From NCBI GenBank assembly GCA_020632535.1, contig JACKFJ010000004.1, positions 105,514 to 169,513 on the forward strand: DNA of 64,000 nucleotides, in the 5' to 3' direction. The notes below the pieces were generated by a model that was not told where the DNA came from, searched no databases, and was given only the letters and a program-made list of their open reading frames with translations. The stretch comes from Candidatus Omnitrophota bacterium. Its GTDB lineage: Bacteria > Omnitrophota > Gorgyraeia > Zapsychrales > JANLHA01. Shown here piece after piece: positions 55,419 through 64,000 of this stretch (positions within the stretch are counted from its first letter, which is position 1; each line of letters opens with the position of its first letter). A program made the translations under genes and the position numbers.

Positions 55419-56576
55419 TCATGGCAATTGTTTGATAAATTCTTCCATGCGATTAAAGTGCAAATCGATGGCATTGCGGGTTTGTGAAATCCGCGGGTAC
55501 TGATTCTTAATTTCGTACTGTAAGTTTGCTACCAAATTCTCCGGCAGGGCTGAATCGGCCACAAAAGATTGAGACTGAGTTAATTTTAACTTACGCAGAA
55601 CGCGCGGCAAAAACTTTTTCGACGGTCTTTTGTACGCGTATCCATCCACAATCAACCCACCAATGACGTCTTTTAGAGCTCTCCCTCGCCCATCTTCATT
55701 CAAAAGAACGCTCGGCTTTGACCAACTGTTCATCAAAATGTGCGCGTGCACCCGATATCCGATGTGTAAATCACAATCCTTATAGTGATTGATCATGCTT
55801 TCGACACTACCGGAGATATCTACAAAATCAATATTCTGCACCCTTAACCATTCCGCAAACTGCTGATGCTTGTGCGCAAAGTCTTCTTTGCCTTTGTAAG
55901 CGTTTTGTAAAAGTTTGAGGCTAAGCGAATGGTGAAACACGACTTTTAAATTCTTATCACAAAAAAGCTCTCTTAATTTTACAATCGTCTCTTTCATGCT
56001 CTTTTCCATACCTTTATTCTCAACAAAGGACACACCCATCGAAAAAGAAACATTTTGCACTTCTGCAGGATACGCAACAGGCGCTTTGATATGTTTCAAA
56101 CTATACAGAGCCGGACAACCTGTCATGACGACGTTCTTAATGCCGTGATTCAAAAGCGAATTAAGCGTGTGATAATCGCGCACACTCGAAACATGACCTG
56201 AAGCATCAATCTTTTTTAACAACTCCAAAGTCGCATCACTTAAAGGATAATCATATGTCGCGGCCCACGAACCCTCGAGCGACTTCCAGCCTACTCCCAT
56301 CAAAATAATAGGCACCTTGATGGCGTTAAGATCTTCGGTTAAAGGATAAATTGATGGGCGCATCTTATATTGCAAAGCTGGACCTCCCGCGAGGATCAAA
56401 GCTCTTGATTCATTGATTATCTGCAGTTGCTCAGTATTTAAAGGCTTCCACGCATCATAATCAATCACAACGCGATCCGGTCGCAACGCGGTCAAAAGTT
56501 CACGCACGCGATGCTTGATCAAATAATCTCCGGCATTATTCTTGCCGCCTGTTAAGACGACATATTGGTTTTTCAT
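55419..56576 (-). CDS. polysaccharide pyruvyl transferase family protein
   Basis: VVLTGGKNNAGDYLI N-terminus, typical of the PS_pyruv_trans family. Confidence 0.7.
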   Translation of the reverse strand: MKNQYVVLTGGKNNAGDYLIKHRVRELLTALRPDRVVIDYDAWKPLNTEQLQIINESRALILAGGPALQYKMRPSIYPLTEDLNAIKVPIILMGVGWKSLEGSWAATYDYPLSDATLELLKKIDASGHVSSVRDYHTLNSLLNHGIKNVVMTGCPALYSLKHIKAPVAYPAEVQNVSFSMGVSFVENKGMEKSMKETIVKLRELFCDKNLKVVFHHSLSLKLLQNAYKGKEDFAHKHQQFAEWLRVQNIDFVDISGSVESMINHYKDCDLHIGYRVHAHILMNSWSKPSVLLNEDGRGRALKDVIGGLIVDGYAYKRPSKKFLPRVLRKLKLTQSQSFVADSALPENLVANLQYEIKNQYPRISQTRNAIDLHFNRMEEFIKQLP

Positions 56577-57634
56577 AAAAACATATCCTGCTTAATCACA
56601 TCATCTTCTTTGATATCGCAGCTGGCGGTTTTCCCGACGACGATATCAATGTCTTTGGGACTTACGCCATGCGCCGGACGTTTCCAAGTCAAGTCCTCAC
56701 GATCAATGGTCTTGCCTTTAGGGATATCCCGACTGGCAACGAGACTGCGACGCGCATTTTTGCGGGCGGGTTCTTCGGACGCTAATGCCGCAATATCAAA
56801 TGATCCCAACAATCCAAAGACACGATCCAAGTTGCGGTGCAACAGTTTTAAATCTTCGCGATCCATGGCGTGATAATGATCATTGCCAGGCAATGTCTTG
56901 TCATGCGTAAAATGTTTTTCTAAGATCACCGCGCCTAAGAGTGTCGCAACTTCGAGCGTGCGCATATCTTTAGGCAAAGTATGATCCGAATAACCGATCA
57001 TATATTGGGGGAATTCTTTTTTTAGACCCGCAATCATGCCTAGATTAGCATTGAAATCATCCGTCGGATAATTAAGAACACAATGCAGTAATGACAGCGG
57101 ATTGCCGCACGCTTTAATCCAACTGACCGCGTCCTTTATTTCGCTCAAATCCGACGCACCCGTGGACAAAATAATCGGCTTTTTAAAGCCGCACATAAAT
57201 TCAATAAACGGTTTATTGGTGATATCGGATGAGGAAATCTTAAAAACCGGCATAAGGTCATTTAAAAATTTGGCGGATTCGACATCAAACGGCGTGCTTA
57301 AGAATTCGATGCCGACTTGATCGCAGTATTTCTTTAAGTTCTCGAATTCGGGCTTCCAAAACTTATCATACTTTTTAAAAAGCTCGTGCTGACTTTTGGT
57401 AGGCTCTTTAGTAATGTCCCAATAATATGGCGAATCTTTAGACGCGATCGTGTCAGCCTTATACGTCTGAAATTTAATCGCATGCGCTCCACCCTCTTGT
57501 GCCTCGTCGATCAAGCGCTTGGCCAAATCCATTTGTCCTTCATGATTGACACCGGCCTCGGCAATGATATACGGCCGAATGATTGCGGTGGCTGATGATT
57601 TGTATTGCTTAAAGAGATCCATAATTTTCATCAT
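56573..57634 (-). CDS. N-acetylneuraminate (nonulosonate) synthase, NeuB/PseI/LegI family, with SAF domain
   Basis: PYIIAEAGVNHEGQMDLAKRLIDEA, KFQTY and SDHT motifs, plus a C-terminal SAF-like domain (RSLVASRDIPKGKTI). Confidence 0.85.
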   Translation of the reverse strand: MMKIMDLFKQYKSSATAIIRPYIIAEAGVNHEGQMDLAKRLIDEAQEGGAHAIKFQTYKADTIASKDSPYYWDITKEPTKSQHELFKKYDKFWKPEFENLKKYCDQVGIEFLSTPFDVESAKFLNDLMPVFKISSSDITNKPFIEFMCGFKKPIILSTGASDLSEIKDAVSWIKACGNPLSLLHCVLNYPTDDFNANLGMIAGLKKEFPQYMIGYSDHTLPKDMRTLEVATLLGAVILEKHFTHDKTLPGNDHYHAMDREDLKLLHRNLDRVFGLLGSFDIAALASEEPARKNARRSLVASRDIPKGKTIDREDLTWKRPAHGVSPKDIDIVVGKTASCDIKEDDVIKQDMFL

Positions 57635-59262
57635 TAGGCTCCAATTAAAGATTGAATCAAATTCAAAACACGAATCTTTCCTTCGCGAATATTGCCGGAC
57701 AGCATAAGCTCATGACTACGATAGCGAGAGTCAAAATCATCAACGAGATTCTCAAATGCTTTGAGGATTTGGGTATCGGTGACATTTTGACCTAAGCCCA
57801 AATTATTAAATCCGTATTGGGGTGACGCAAAGAAATGTGTCAGTTCGCGATCGTTCTGCGCTAACACAATCGTCGGGGTGCCGATCGTCGCGGCTTCATA
57901 AACCGTGCGGCCAGCGGACGTAAAAATAATATCAGCAGACAGCATAAAGTCCGACATGGTTTTGATATCACGGTAAATTTTCGCCTGCGGAAAATCTTTG
58001 AGTGTCTCCGTTTTCTGATATCCAAGACCGAGAACAATATCGATCTCGATTTTGCGCTCAATACAAAAAACATAAATCGCTTTGAGAACTTTAGCGGTCA
58101 AATTGCTCGGATCAACCCCACCCATCGTGATCAACACACGACGGACATCCTTAGTGACAACCTTAAATTCGGAGATCAAAAACTCATCGCGCGGACAAAA
58201 ATACAAATGACCAAAATAATGGTTCGGCTGTGTTTCGGTTTCGGGATAAAGAGCATTGATGACTAAATCCGCATGCTTGACACCGGGGCCAAGGTCTTCG
58301 AAGTTGATTAGTTTCATTCCCCAATTTTTTAAAGTATTCATATACAAAACATCTGTGTCTAAAATATCATTGATAACAATATCGGGATTAATAGCCTTGA
58401 TGTCTTCAAGGATATTGGCGGACTTTTGCATATGCACGTCGTAATTGTGCTCCTTAATCTTATCAAAGCCCAACTGGCTTTTGTTATCGACTAAAAAGAC
58501 CAAGCGATGATTCAAAATGCTGTTAGCCAGAATCAAACTGCGGTAAATATGCCCCAGCCCAATCTCATTATATCCCGACGAAACGAACAAAATCGTTTTG
58601 CGATTAAGAAGATATTCGCAAAGGTTCCAGTCTTCGTATGTATCGATGTCAATGGCTTCGTGATTGGGCAAAACATAGAGATCAACCTTGCTGCCAATGC
58701 GCTTCTTATGTGCTTTAAGAAAATCTTTACGGCAAATGACAAAAGAACCCGTCTCGGGGAAAAATGGATCGAGATACTGTCGATTGACGCGCTCCTTATA
58801 ATTAGGGACATACTTGCCGTTTTCGGTTTTCCAAGACAGATGCGCTTCTTTCTTGGCGGAGATCATGGTCTCACATTCCGGGTGCGCAATAAACTGTTCA
58901 AAAGCGGCGTCGAGGCTGGCTGTCTTTAACAACGGTGATGTCGGCTGCATCGTCACAATAAAGTCGTACGACTTGCCCAATTTAGCGCTGATGGCTTTGG
59001 ACGCGTCATAAATAACTGGGTCCAAAGTCGTTTTATCGTCAGCCAAGTTGACGTCGCGTTGATGCGTCTCTGCGCCGCATTTGCGCGCGACCATAAGGAT
59101 CTCTTCATCATCACTGGAGACAAAAACATCCGGCTTAAACTTAGAATTAAGAGCGGTCTGGATGGAATAATAAAGCAGTGGCTTGCCGGCCAATGTTCTT
59201 AAATTTTTGCGCGGAATACCTTTTGAGCCCCCGCGTGCTGGGATAACAACGAGTACATTCAT
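57634..59262 (-). CDS. fusion of an acylneuraminate cytidylyltransferase (NeuA/PseF-like) and a PseG-like glycosyltransferase-28 C-terminal domain
   Basis: N-terminus VVIPARGGSKGIPRKNL. The C-terminal half has ITMGGVDPSN...ADIIFTSAGRTVYEAATIGTPTIVL. Confidence 0.75.
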   Translation of the reverse strand: MNVLVVIPARGGSKGIPRKNLRTLAGKPLLYYSIQTALNSKFKPDVFVSSDDEEILMVARKCGAETHQRDVNLADDKTTLDPVIYDASKAISAKLGKSYDFIVTMQPTSPLLKTASLDAAFEQFIAHPECETMISAKKEAHLSWKTENGKYVPNYKERVNRQYLDPFFPETGSFVICRKDFLKAHKKRIGSKVDLYVLPNHEAIDIDTYEDWNLCEYLLNRKTILFVSSGYNEIGLGHIYRSLILANSILNHRLVFLVDNKSQLGFDKIKEHNYDVHMQKSANILEDIKAINPDIVINDILDTDVLYMNTLKNWGMKLINFEDLGPGVKHADLVINALYPETETQPNHYFGHLYFCPRDEFLISEFKVVTKDVRRVLITMGGVDPSNLTAKVLKAIYVFCIERKIEIDIVLGLGYQKTETLKDFPQAKIYRDIKTMSDFMLSADIIFTSAGRTVYEAATIGTPTIVLAQNDRELTHFFASPQYGFNNLGLGQNVTDTQILKAFENLVDDFDSRYRSHELMLSGNIREGKIRVLNLIQSLIGA

Positions 59263-59266
59263 CTGA

Positions 59267-59791
59267 TTACTTTCTCATTTTGATTAACTTGGCCGGATTG
59301 CCGCCGACGATGGCGTATTCGGGCACATCTTTGGTGACGATGGCACCGGCGGCCAAAACAGCGCCTTTACCCACATTGACACCGGGCAAAATCATAACCC
59401 GCGCGCCAATCCAGACATCATCTGCGATTGTAACAGGTTCTTCTTTTTGAAATCCCTGTTGGCACATCGCGACATCGAGACGTTCAAAATTATGATTTTG
59501 GGTCATAATAATAACTTCTTCGCCCATCATGACATCTTTGCCAATTGTGACTTTGCCTAAAATCCGTGAACGCTCGCCAATAGATGAATCATCACCAATG
59601 CTAATATTGCGTCCTGAATGAAAAAACGCGAGCGGTTCGACTCGAACATTTTTGCCGCAATAACCAAAGAGTGGTTTGCAAATAATCGATCTGATCTTTC
59701 CAAAAATAGCACAGCCGCGCAAATATGATGACGGCAAATATTGGGCGAAGCCGTAATAGAGGATCAGGCAGATGAGTCGGATGAGTTTCAT
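59267..59791 (-). CDS. hexapeptide-repeat O-acetyltransferase (WcaF/maltose acetyltransferase-like)
   Basis: True start is MKLIRLI at 59791; the upstream part of the track ORF is REP sequence. Repeats are [26 protein letters not shown]...[27 protein letters not shown]. Confidence 0.75.
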   Translation of the reverse strand: MKLIRLICLILYYGFAQYLPSSYLRGCAIFGKIRSIICKPLFGYCGKNVRVEPLAFFHSGRNISIGDDSSIGERSRILGKVTIGKDVMMGEEVIIMTQNHNFERLDVAMCQQGFQKEEPVTIADDVWIGARVMILPGVNVGKGAVLAAGAIVTKDVPEYAIVGGNPAKLIKMRK

Positions 59792-59804
59792 ATGACTTTC
59801 TTTG

Positions 59805-60000
59805 TTGAGATCCCCGATTAAAGATTTCGGGGATGACATGTTAACTGGATCCCCGATTAAAGATTTCGGGGATAACGGTTGTTTTGAGATTGCCGCGTCG
59901 TCTCTGCGAGACTCCTCGCAATGGTATTTCACTCCCTCCTCGGCTTCGCGCGGAGCTCTCATCACTCCCTCGCACATTTCGTGCTCGGTCGCAATGGTTT
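59805..60000. repeat. REP-like hairpin cluster (inverted orientation relative to the 28-kb cluster)
   Basis: gATCCCCGAttaaagattTCGGGGATgac occurs twice, followed by attgccgcgtcGTCTCtgcGAGACtcctcgcaatgg and further ..ctcgcaatgg units. Confidence 0.85.
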
Positions 60001-60023
60001 TAAAAAAATTTCGGAGATGATGG

Positions 60024-61070
60024 TTATTTGCTAAATTCTTTTTCAATCTCCTCAATTGTAGGCAAAATTGTCTTTAGTGTTTTCGGTAAAGCACGGGTAA
60101 TTTGTGTCTCCCATTGGGCGACGCCGATTGGTTTCTTAAATCCTCGCAACGCATATTCAGCAACCAACTTGTTTTTCTTTCTCACCAAAAGAAGTCCGAT
60201 GGTAGGCTTGTCACCCGTATGACGAAGAATATCATCCACCGCGCTAAGATACATATTTAATTTCCCCACATGTCCCGGATCGAATTCAACAGCCTTTAGT
60301 TCAATGACGACATAGCAACGCAGTTTCAAGTGGTAAAATAATAAATCAATATAAAAATCGCTGTCTCCCAATTCTAAATGTACCTGCCGCCCAACAAAAG
60401 CAAAACCGGAACCCAATTCAAGTAAAAACTTTTGAATATGATTTATTAACCCTTGCTCTAATTCTGCTTCTCTACGCGAATCGCCTGTCCCGAGAAAATC
60501 AAAAACATAGGGATCTTTAAATATCTGTTGCGCCATATCGGAGTCAACAGGTGGTAGGGCAGCGGAAAAATTACTGACCACTTTACCTTGCCTTTTATGC
60601 AGCTGTAAATCAATCTGTATTGCAAGGATATTTCTGCTCCACCCATGTTCTACCGTTTTACGAGCATACCAAATGCGATTCTTAGCATCATCTAACTTGT
60701 CAAGTAAAGCTACGTTATGGTACCAAGTGATTTGTGCAAGCACCTCTTGCACAATTGCTCTCTTAGGCCAAGCAGATGCGAAAGCGCGCATATATTTAAG
60801 GTTTCGGGGTGAAAAACCCTTCATATCCGGAAACAATTGACCTAAATCCATAGAAAGGCGGTCAATAACTTTTGCTCCCCATCCCTCTTCTTCCTGTTTT
60901 TTGATAATCCCTTGACCAATATCCCAATACAAATTGACCAACGCGGCATTACTGGCCAAAACTACGCGCAGACGATCTTGTTGTATGCGTTTTTTAAGGT
61001 TGGACAAAAAGACTGCATAACTTTTAGCAGAAATCTTTTGAATACCTTTTTTAATTTCTTTCATAGTCAA
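60024..61070 (-). CDS. DUF1016 (YhcG-like) PD-(D/E)XK nuclease family protein
   Basis: [34 protein letters not shown] and a C-terminal nuclease core ([18 protein letters not shown]). Confidence 0.75.
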   Translation of the reverse strand: MTMKEIKKGIQKISAKSYAVFLSNLKKRIQQDRLRVVLASNAALVNLYWDIGQGIIKKQEEEGWGAKVIDRLSMDLGQLFPDMKGFSPRNLKYMRAFASAWPKRAIVQEVLAQITWYHNVALLDKLDDAKNRIWYARKTVEHGWSRNILAIQIDLQLHKRQGKVVSNFSAALPPVDSDMAQQIFKDPYVFDFLGTGDSRREAELEQGLINHIQKFLLELGSGFAFVGRQVHLELGDSDFYIDLLFYHLKLRCYVVIELKAVEFDPGHVGKLNMYLSAVDDILRHTGDKPTIGLLLVRKKNKLVAEYALRGFKKPIGVAQWETQITRALPKTLKTILPTIEEIEKEFSK

Positions 61071-61129
61071 CTACCTCCCAAAATACGGGGTCATTCGTAA
61101 TGGGGACAGGTAGGGTTCCTGCTAAATAT

Positions 61130-61250
61130 CAATGGATCCCCGATTAAAGATTTCGGGGATGACGGTTGTTTTGAGATTGCCGCGTCGTCTCTGCGAGACT
61201 CCTCGCAATGGTATTAAATATTTCAGGGATGACAATACTCACACTCGGTC
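61130..61250. repeat. REP-like hairpin cluster
   Basis: 61133-61217 repeats 59846-59930 almost exactly, in direct orientation. It reads ggatccccgattaaagatttcggggat.acggttgttttgagattgccgcgtcgtctctgcgagactcctcgcaatggtatt. Confidence 0.85.
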
Positions 61251-61282
61251 ATCCCAAAAGGTATTCCCTCGTATAGATATCG

Positions 61283-62884
61283 CTACACTCGGTCATATAT
61301 AAATTTTGGCAGAGCGAAGGTGCGGCGATTTAGAACTGTGCCGACAATATTAAAATTGTTTGATTGCAATGGGCCGAGAGCGGCCACAACTGCGGGACGA
61401 CGAGTTTTGGCCTCCGAAACAACGAGGATAATTCCATCCGCAAAATGTCCCATAGAAACCGTATCACGATAATTGCGCAAGTCCGCAGAATCAATGAAGA
61501 TAATTTCAAAATCTTTGCGAGCTTCCGCAATCATATCCGCCATTCTTTGTGAATCGAGCAAACTCCCATGATCAACCTGCTTATCACCGGCGGCAAGAAT
61601 CCACAAATTAGAAACAACTTCCTTACACGCCTGCGATAAAGCGATAGTGCCTGACAAAACATCAACCAATCCGGGACTAACGGAATTATCAAAATTTTTG
61701 TGCACACCGGCTTGATGATAATGGGCGTCAATGATAAGAACTTTTTTCTTAAAATCATTCGCAAGACACACGCCCAAGTTTGAAACCACCGAAGTATTAC
61801 CCTCTCCAACGTCGGGAGCGGTAAATAAAAAGACTTTGAGTCCCTTTTGATTCACGAAATATCGGATTTGGCATGCGAGTTCATGATACGCGCTCATGTA
61901 GGACACCGAAGACGTCTTTTCATCATCATCGAGAATTTTCTTCCGGCGAAATTCGCGCGGAATAACGCCAAGCAACGGAACCTGCACAAGCTTACCTAAA
62001 TCTAGCGGCGAGCGAACTGTGGGGTCTAAATATTCAAATACAAAAGCCAAACCAATCCCAAGAATTAAACTCAAAAAACCGGCTAAGGCAAAGATAATTT
62101 TCTTTGAACGACCCTCGGGACGCGTCGGTATGGATGCTTGACTAATAATTTTGACTGTGGCCGGACCGATTGCTTCGATATTATTGAGAGGTTCGCCATT
62201 TAATGTCTTGGTCATTTGATCGACGTGGCCTTTAAGCAAAGTCACCGTCGGGTGAAGATCACCGTATTTGGTTGCACTTTCAGCTAACTGTTGTTCGAGA
62301 TCAAAAATCACATATGAACGGCTGACAACATTAGCGAGCGTCGCGGCAACAAGCGGGTCAAAATCCGAAACGGATACCAACAAAAGGTTAGTCCCGCGAA
62401 TAGGTTCAACCGTCAAATTTCTTTGCAATGTATCAACCGCGCGGCGAAAAAGAACGTATTCCTTTTGTGCTGCTGACATTTTGTTCAATCGCTCATTGAT
62501 TTTTTTAACTTCACTCTCGATTTTGTTACGACGTAAAGGTGATGCGTATGACTTTTCATTGTCGAGTGGTCGTTTATCCAAATGCACAGCTCGCACGGCG
62601 CGCTCAAGAACCGGCGTGGATTTAACAATTTCGCTTTGGGTAACATTCGCTTCGCTACGGGCGGTAATATCGCGGGAATTGGGAGCCTGTGTTTCTTTTA
62701 CGGCGGAAACAAGCATCTTGACACTCGCCACATATGCTGGGGTCTGCATTTTGAGGGCAAAGGCCACTACAGCCGATACGGTCAAAATACTGACGACGAC
62801 AATCCATTTATGGCGAAAAATAATGCGCAAATAATCGCGCAGAGTAAGTTCATCATTTAAAGGACGGGGCGAGAGATTCTCCAT
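61283..62884 (-). CDS. polysaccharide chain-length determinant (Wzz) fused to a BY-kinase-like P-loop domain with degenerate Walker motifs
   Basis: N-terminal Wzz region with two TM segments. The C-terminal domain reads FTAPDVGEGNTSV where GEGK(S/T) is expected, VLIIDAHYHQ where ..DxDLR.. is expected, and IIFIDSAD. There is no C-terminal Tyr cluster. Confidence 0.7.
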   Translation of the reverse strand: MENLSPRPLNDELTLRDYLRIIFRHKWIVVVSILTVSAVVAFALKMQTPAYVASVKMLVSAVKETQAPNSRDITARSEANVTQSEIVKSTPVLERAVRAVHLDKRPLDNEKSYASPLRRNKIESEVKKINERLNKMSAAQKEYVLFRRAVDTLQRNLTVEPIRGTNLLLVSVSDFDPLVAATLANVVSRSYVIFDLEQQLAESATKYGDLHPTVTLLKGHVDQMTKTLNGEPLNNIEAIGPATVKIISQASIPTRPEGRSKKIIFALAGFLSLILGIGLAFVFEYLDPTVRSPLDLGKLVQVPLLGVIPREFRRKKILDDDEKTSSVSYMSAYHELACQIRYFVNQKGLKVFLFTAPDVGEGNTSVVSNLGVCLANDFKKKVLIIDAHYHQAGVHKNFDNSVSPGLVDVLSGTIALSQACKEVVSNLWILAAGDKQVDHGSLLDSQRMADMIAEARKDFEIIFIDSADLRNYRDTVSMGHFADGIILVVSEAKTRRPAVVAALGPLQSNNFNIVGTVLNRRTFALPKFIYDRV

Positions 62885-62904
62885 ATTTTCATGACCTCAA
62901 TAGG

Positions 62905-63558
62905 TTAAAAAACGCCTTCGGAGATGACAATAATATCTCCGTTATTAATAGCTAAGTCCGCTTGCGCGTCGCCATCCATAACATCACTGATTTTAATTTT
63001 GATAGTTTCATACCCCGCGCCCTCCGTTCGAGCACGTAAAACCTTTACGCGACTCGACGATCCAAACTTGGTAAACCCGCCCGCCATAGAAATGGCACGC
63101 AACACGGTTACTTTTTCGGGAAGATCATACGCACCGGGTCGCTGAACAGCACCATAAACAAAGAATTTGCGACTGTGTGACTCAAGAAGAGAAACCATAA
63201 CCGACGGAAATTTGAGATAACCATCCGCAAGACGTTTTTCGATGGTTTCGCGAATTTGATTAGCGGTTAACCCCGCGACAAGAACTTGACCAATAAAGGG
63301 TGCGGTAATCGTCCCGTCCGGCGAAACAGCGGCGCGTGTCGAAATTTGGTCAGGTTCTAAAATGTCAATGCCCAAAATATCTGCCGGCCCGACAGTGTAA
63401 TCCATACTCGCGGCAACTACTGGATCAGAAACAACATCCGTCATTGCCGTAGTCTTTATGCCAAGCTTCTCCGGCAGAGAACCTTGCGCGTTAGCCATTG
63501 TCGACCATCCGAATATTAAAACACTTAAACAAAATGAAATAACTTTCATCCCGCACAC
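62905..63558 (-). CDS. polysaccharide export protein (Wza-like; Poly_export + SLBB)
   Basis: Signal peptide. YTVGPADILGIDI (export motif) and an SLBB-like segment (VYGAVQRPGAYDL). Confidence 0.8.
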   Translation of the reverse strand: MCGMKVISFCLSVLIFGWSTMANAQGSLPEKLGIKTTAMTDVVSDPVVAASMDYTVGPADILGIDILEPDQISTRAAVSPDGTITAPFIGQVLVAGLTANQIRETIEKRLADGYLKFPSVMVSLLESHSRKFFVYGAVQRPGAYDLPEKVTVLRAISMAGGFTKFGSSSRVKVLRARTEGAGYETIKIKISDVMDGDAQADLAINNGDIIVISEGVF

Positions 63559-63570
63559 CCTTTCAATAGT

Positions 63571-64000
63571 CTATTTGGCTCCAACACCCAAAAGAACAAC
63601 TGGAACCGTCTTAAACAAAATCTTTAAATCCAACCCCAAAGACCAACTGTCAATGTACTCAAGATCAAGCTTAGACCATTCATTAAAATCGGTAATCTTA
63701 TTGCGGCCTCCCACCTGCCATAAGCACGTAATGCCGGGCCGCATACTCAAACGTCGTCGCTGCCAATGATCGTACTGCGCGACTTCCTGCGGAAGCGGCG
63801 GACGCGGGCCAACCAAACTCATTTCCCCTTTAAACACATTCCAGAGCTGCGGCAATTCGTCTAAACTCGTCTTTCGCAAAAACTTTCCAATTGGCGTGAC
63901 GCGGGGATCGTTGGCCATTTTAAAAGCCGGACCGGACATTTCATTGTGTTGAAGTAAATCTTCTAATTTTTTCTCAGCGTCGACAACCATCGTACGAAAT
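63571..64000 (-). CDS. undecaprenyl-phosphate sugar phosphotransferase (Bac_transf family); 5' part lies outside the window
   Basis: [24 protein letters not shown]...[16 protein letters not shown] is the classic C-terminal catalytic domain. Confidence 0.85.
   Translation of the reverse strand, partial: FRTMVVDAEKKLEDLLQHNEMSGPAFKMANDPRVTPIGKFLRKTSLDELPQLWNVFKGEMSLVGPRPPLPQEVAQYDHWQRRRLSMRPGITCLWQVGGRNKITDFNEWSKLDLEYIDSWSLGLDLKILFKTVPVVLLGVGAK

Noticed and set aside
59792-60055. N-terminal 88 residues of track ORF 59267..60055.
   Set aside because: This part is REP sequence (SPKSLIGDP x2, [13 protein letters not shown]). The acetyltransferase homology and a hydrophobic N-terminus begin at MKLIRLI (59791).

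Overview
An AT-rich (judged by eye) bacterial accessory region. About 60 of roughly 65 genes are on the minus strand. The class III/Flp-type signal peptides, PEP-CTERM/exosortase genes and dense hairpin repeats suggest an uncultured lineage such as Omnitrophota; that is a guess.

Layout by coordinate:
- 1-13.9 kb: housekeeping and accessory genes. These are GNAT, PIG-L deacetylase, GST, a CPA2 antiporter fused to an EIIA(Ntr) domain, an SGNH/TPR protein, a MarR-TolC-HlyD-ABC efflux operon and an RsmI-like methyltransferase.
- 14-16.6 kb: two tandem cysteine-rich paralogs (about 410 aa each) with a Flp/class III prepilin N-terminus.
- 16.6-21.6 kb: a membrane protein and a porin, each behind a structured leader, then two PEP-CTERM proteins, an exosortase and EpsI.
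- 22.7-26.4 kb and 44.7-64 kb: one exopolysaccharide / nonulosonic-acid gene cluster. It holds glycosyltransferases, a Wzx flippase, an O-antigen ligase-like protein, NeuB, a NeuA-PseG fusion, a pyruvyl transferase, acetyltransferases, a Wzz/BY-kinase-like protein, Wza and a priming sugar transferase. The cluster is interrupted by two AbiE pairs, a HEPN/MNT pair, a DUF1016 nuclease and a 16-kb RHS island.
- 28.1-44.3 kb: the RHS island. It holds a 2389-aa teneurin-like RHS/YD polymorphic toxin with its immunity gene, followed by an array of orphan toxin/immunity modules.

Main finding: the orphan array contains two 100% identical copies of a 2,457-bp transposon. Each has imperfect terminal inverted repeats and a 4-bp ACAT duplication. 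Each carries an IS1182-like transposase, an immunity-like gene and a start-less RHS toxin tip. Both copies are inserted in frame at the same YGYV codons of the RHS core/toxin boundary. The insertion replaces the resident toxin with the transposon's own.

Other notable items are two GEMM-I-like (c-di-GMP riboswitch-like) leaders and a family of covarying hairpin repeats that bracket the inserted modules.

All calls come from reading the sequence and the ORF track. No database search was run.
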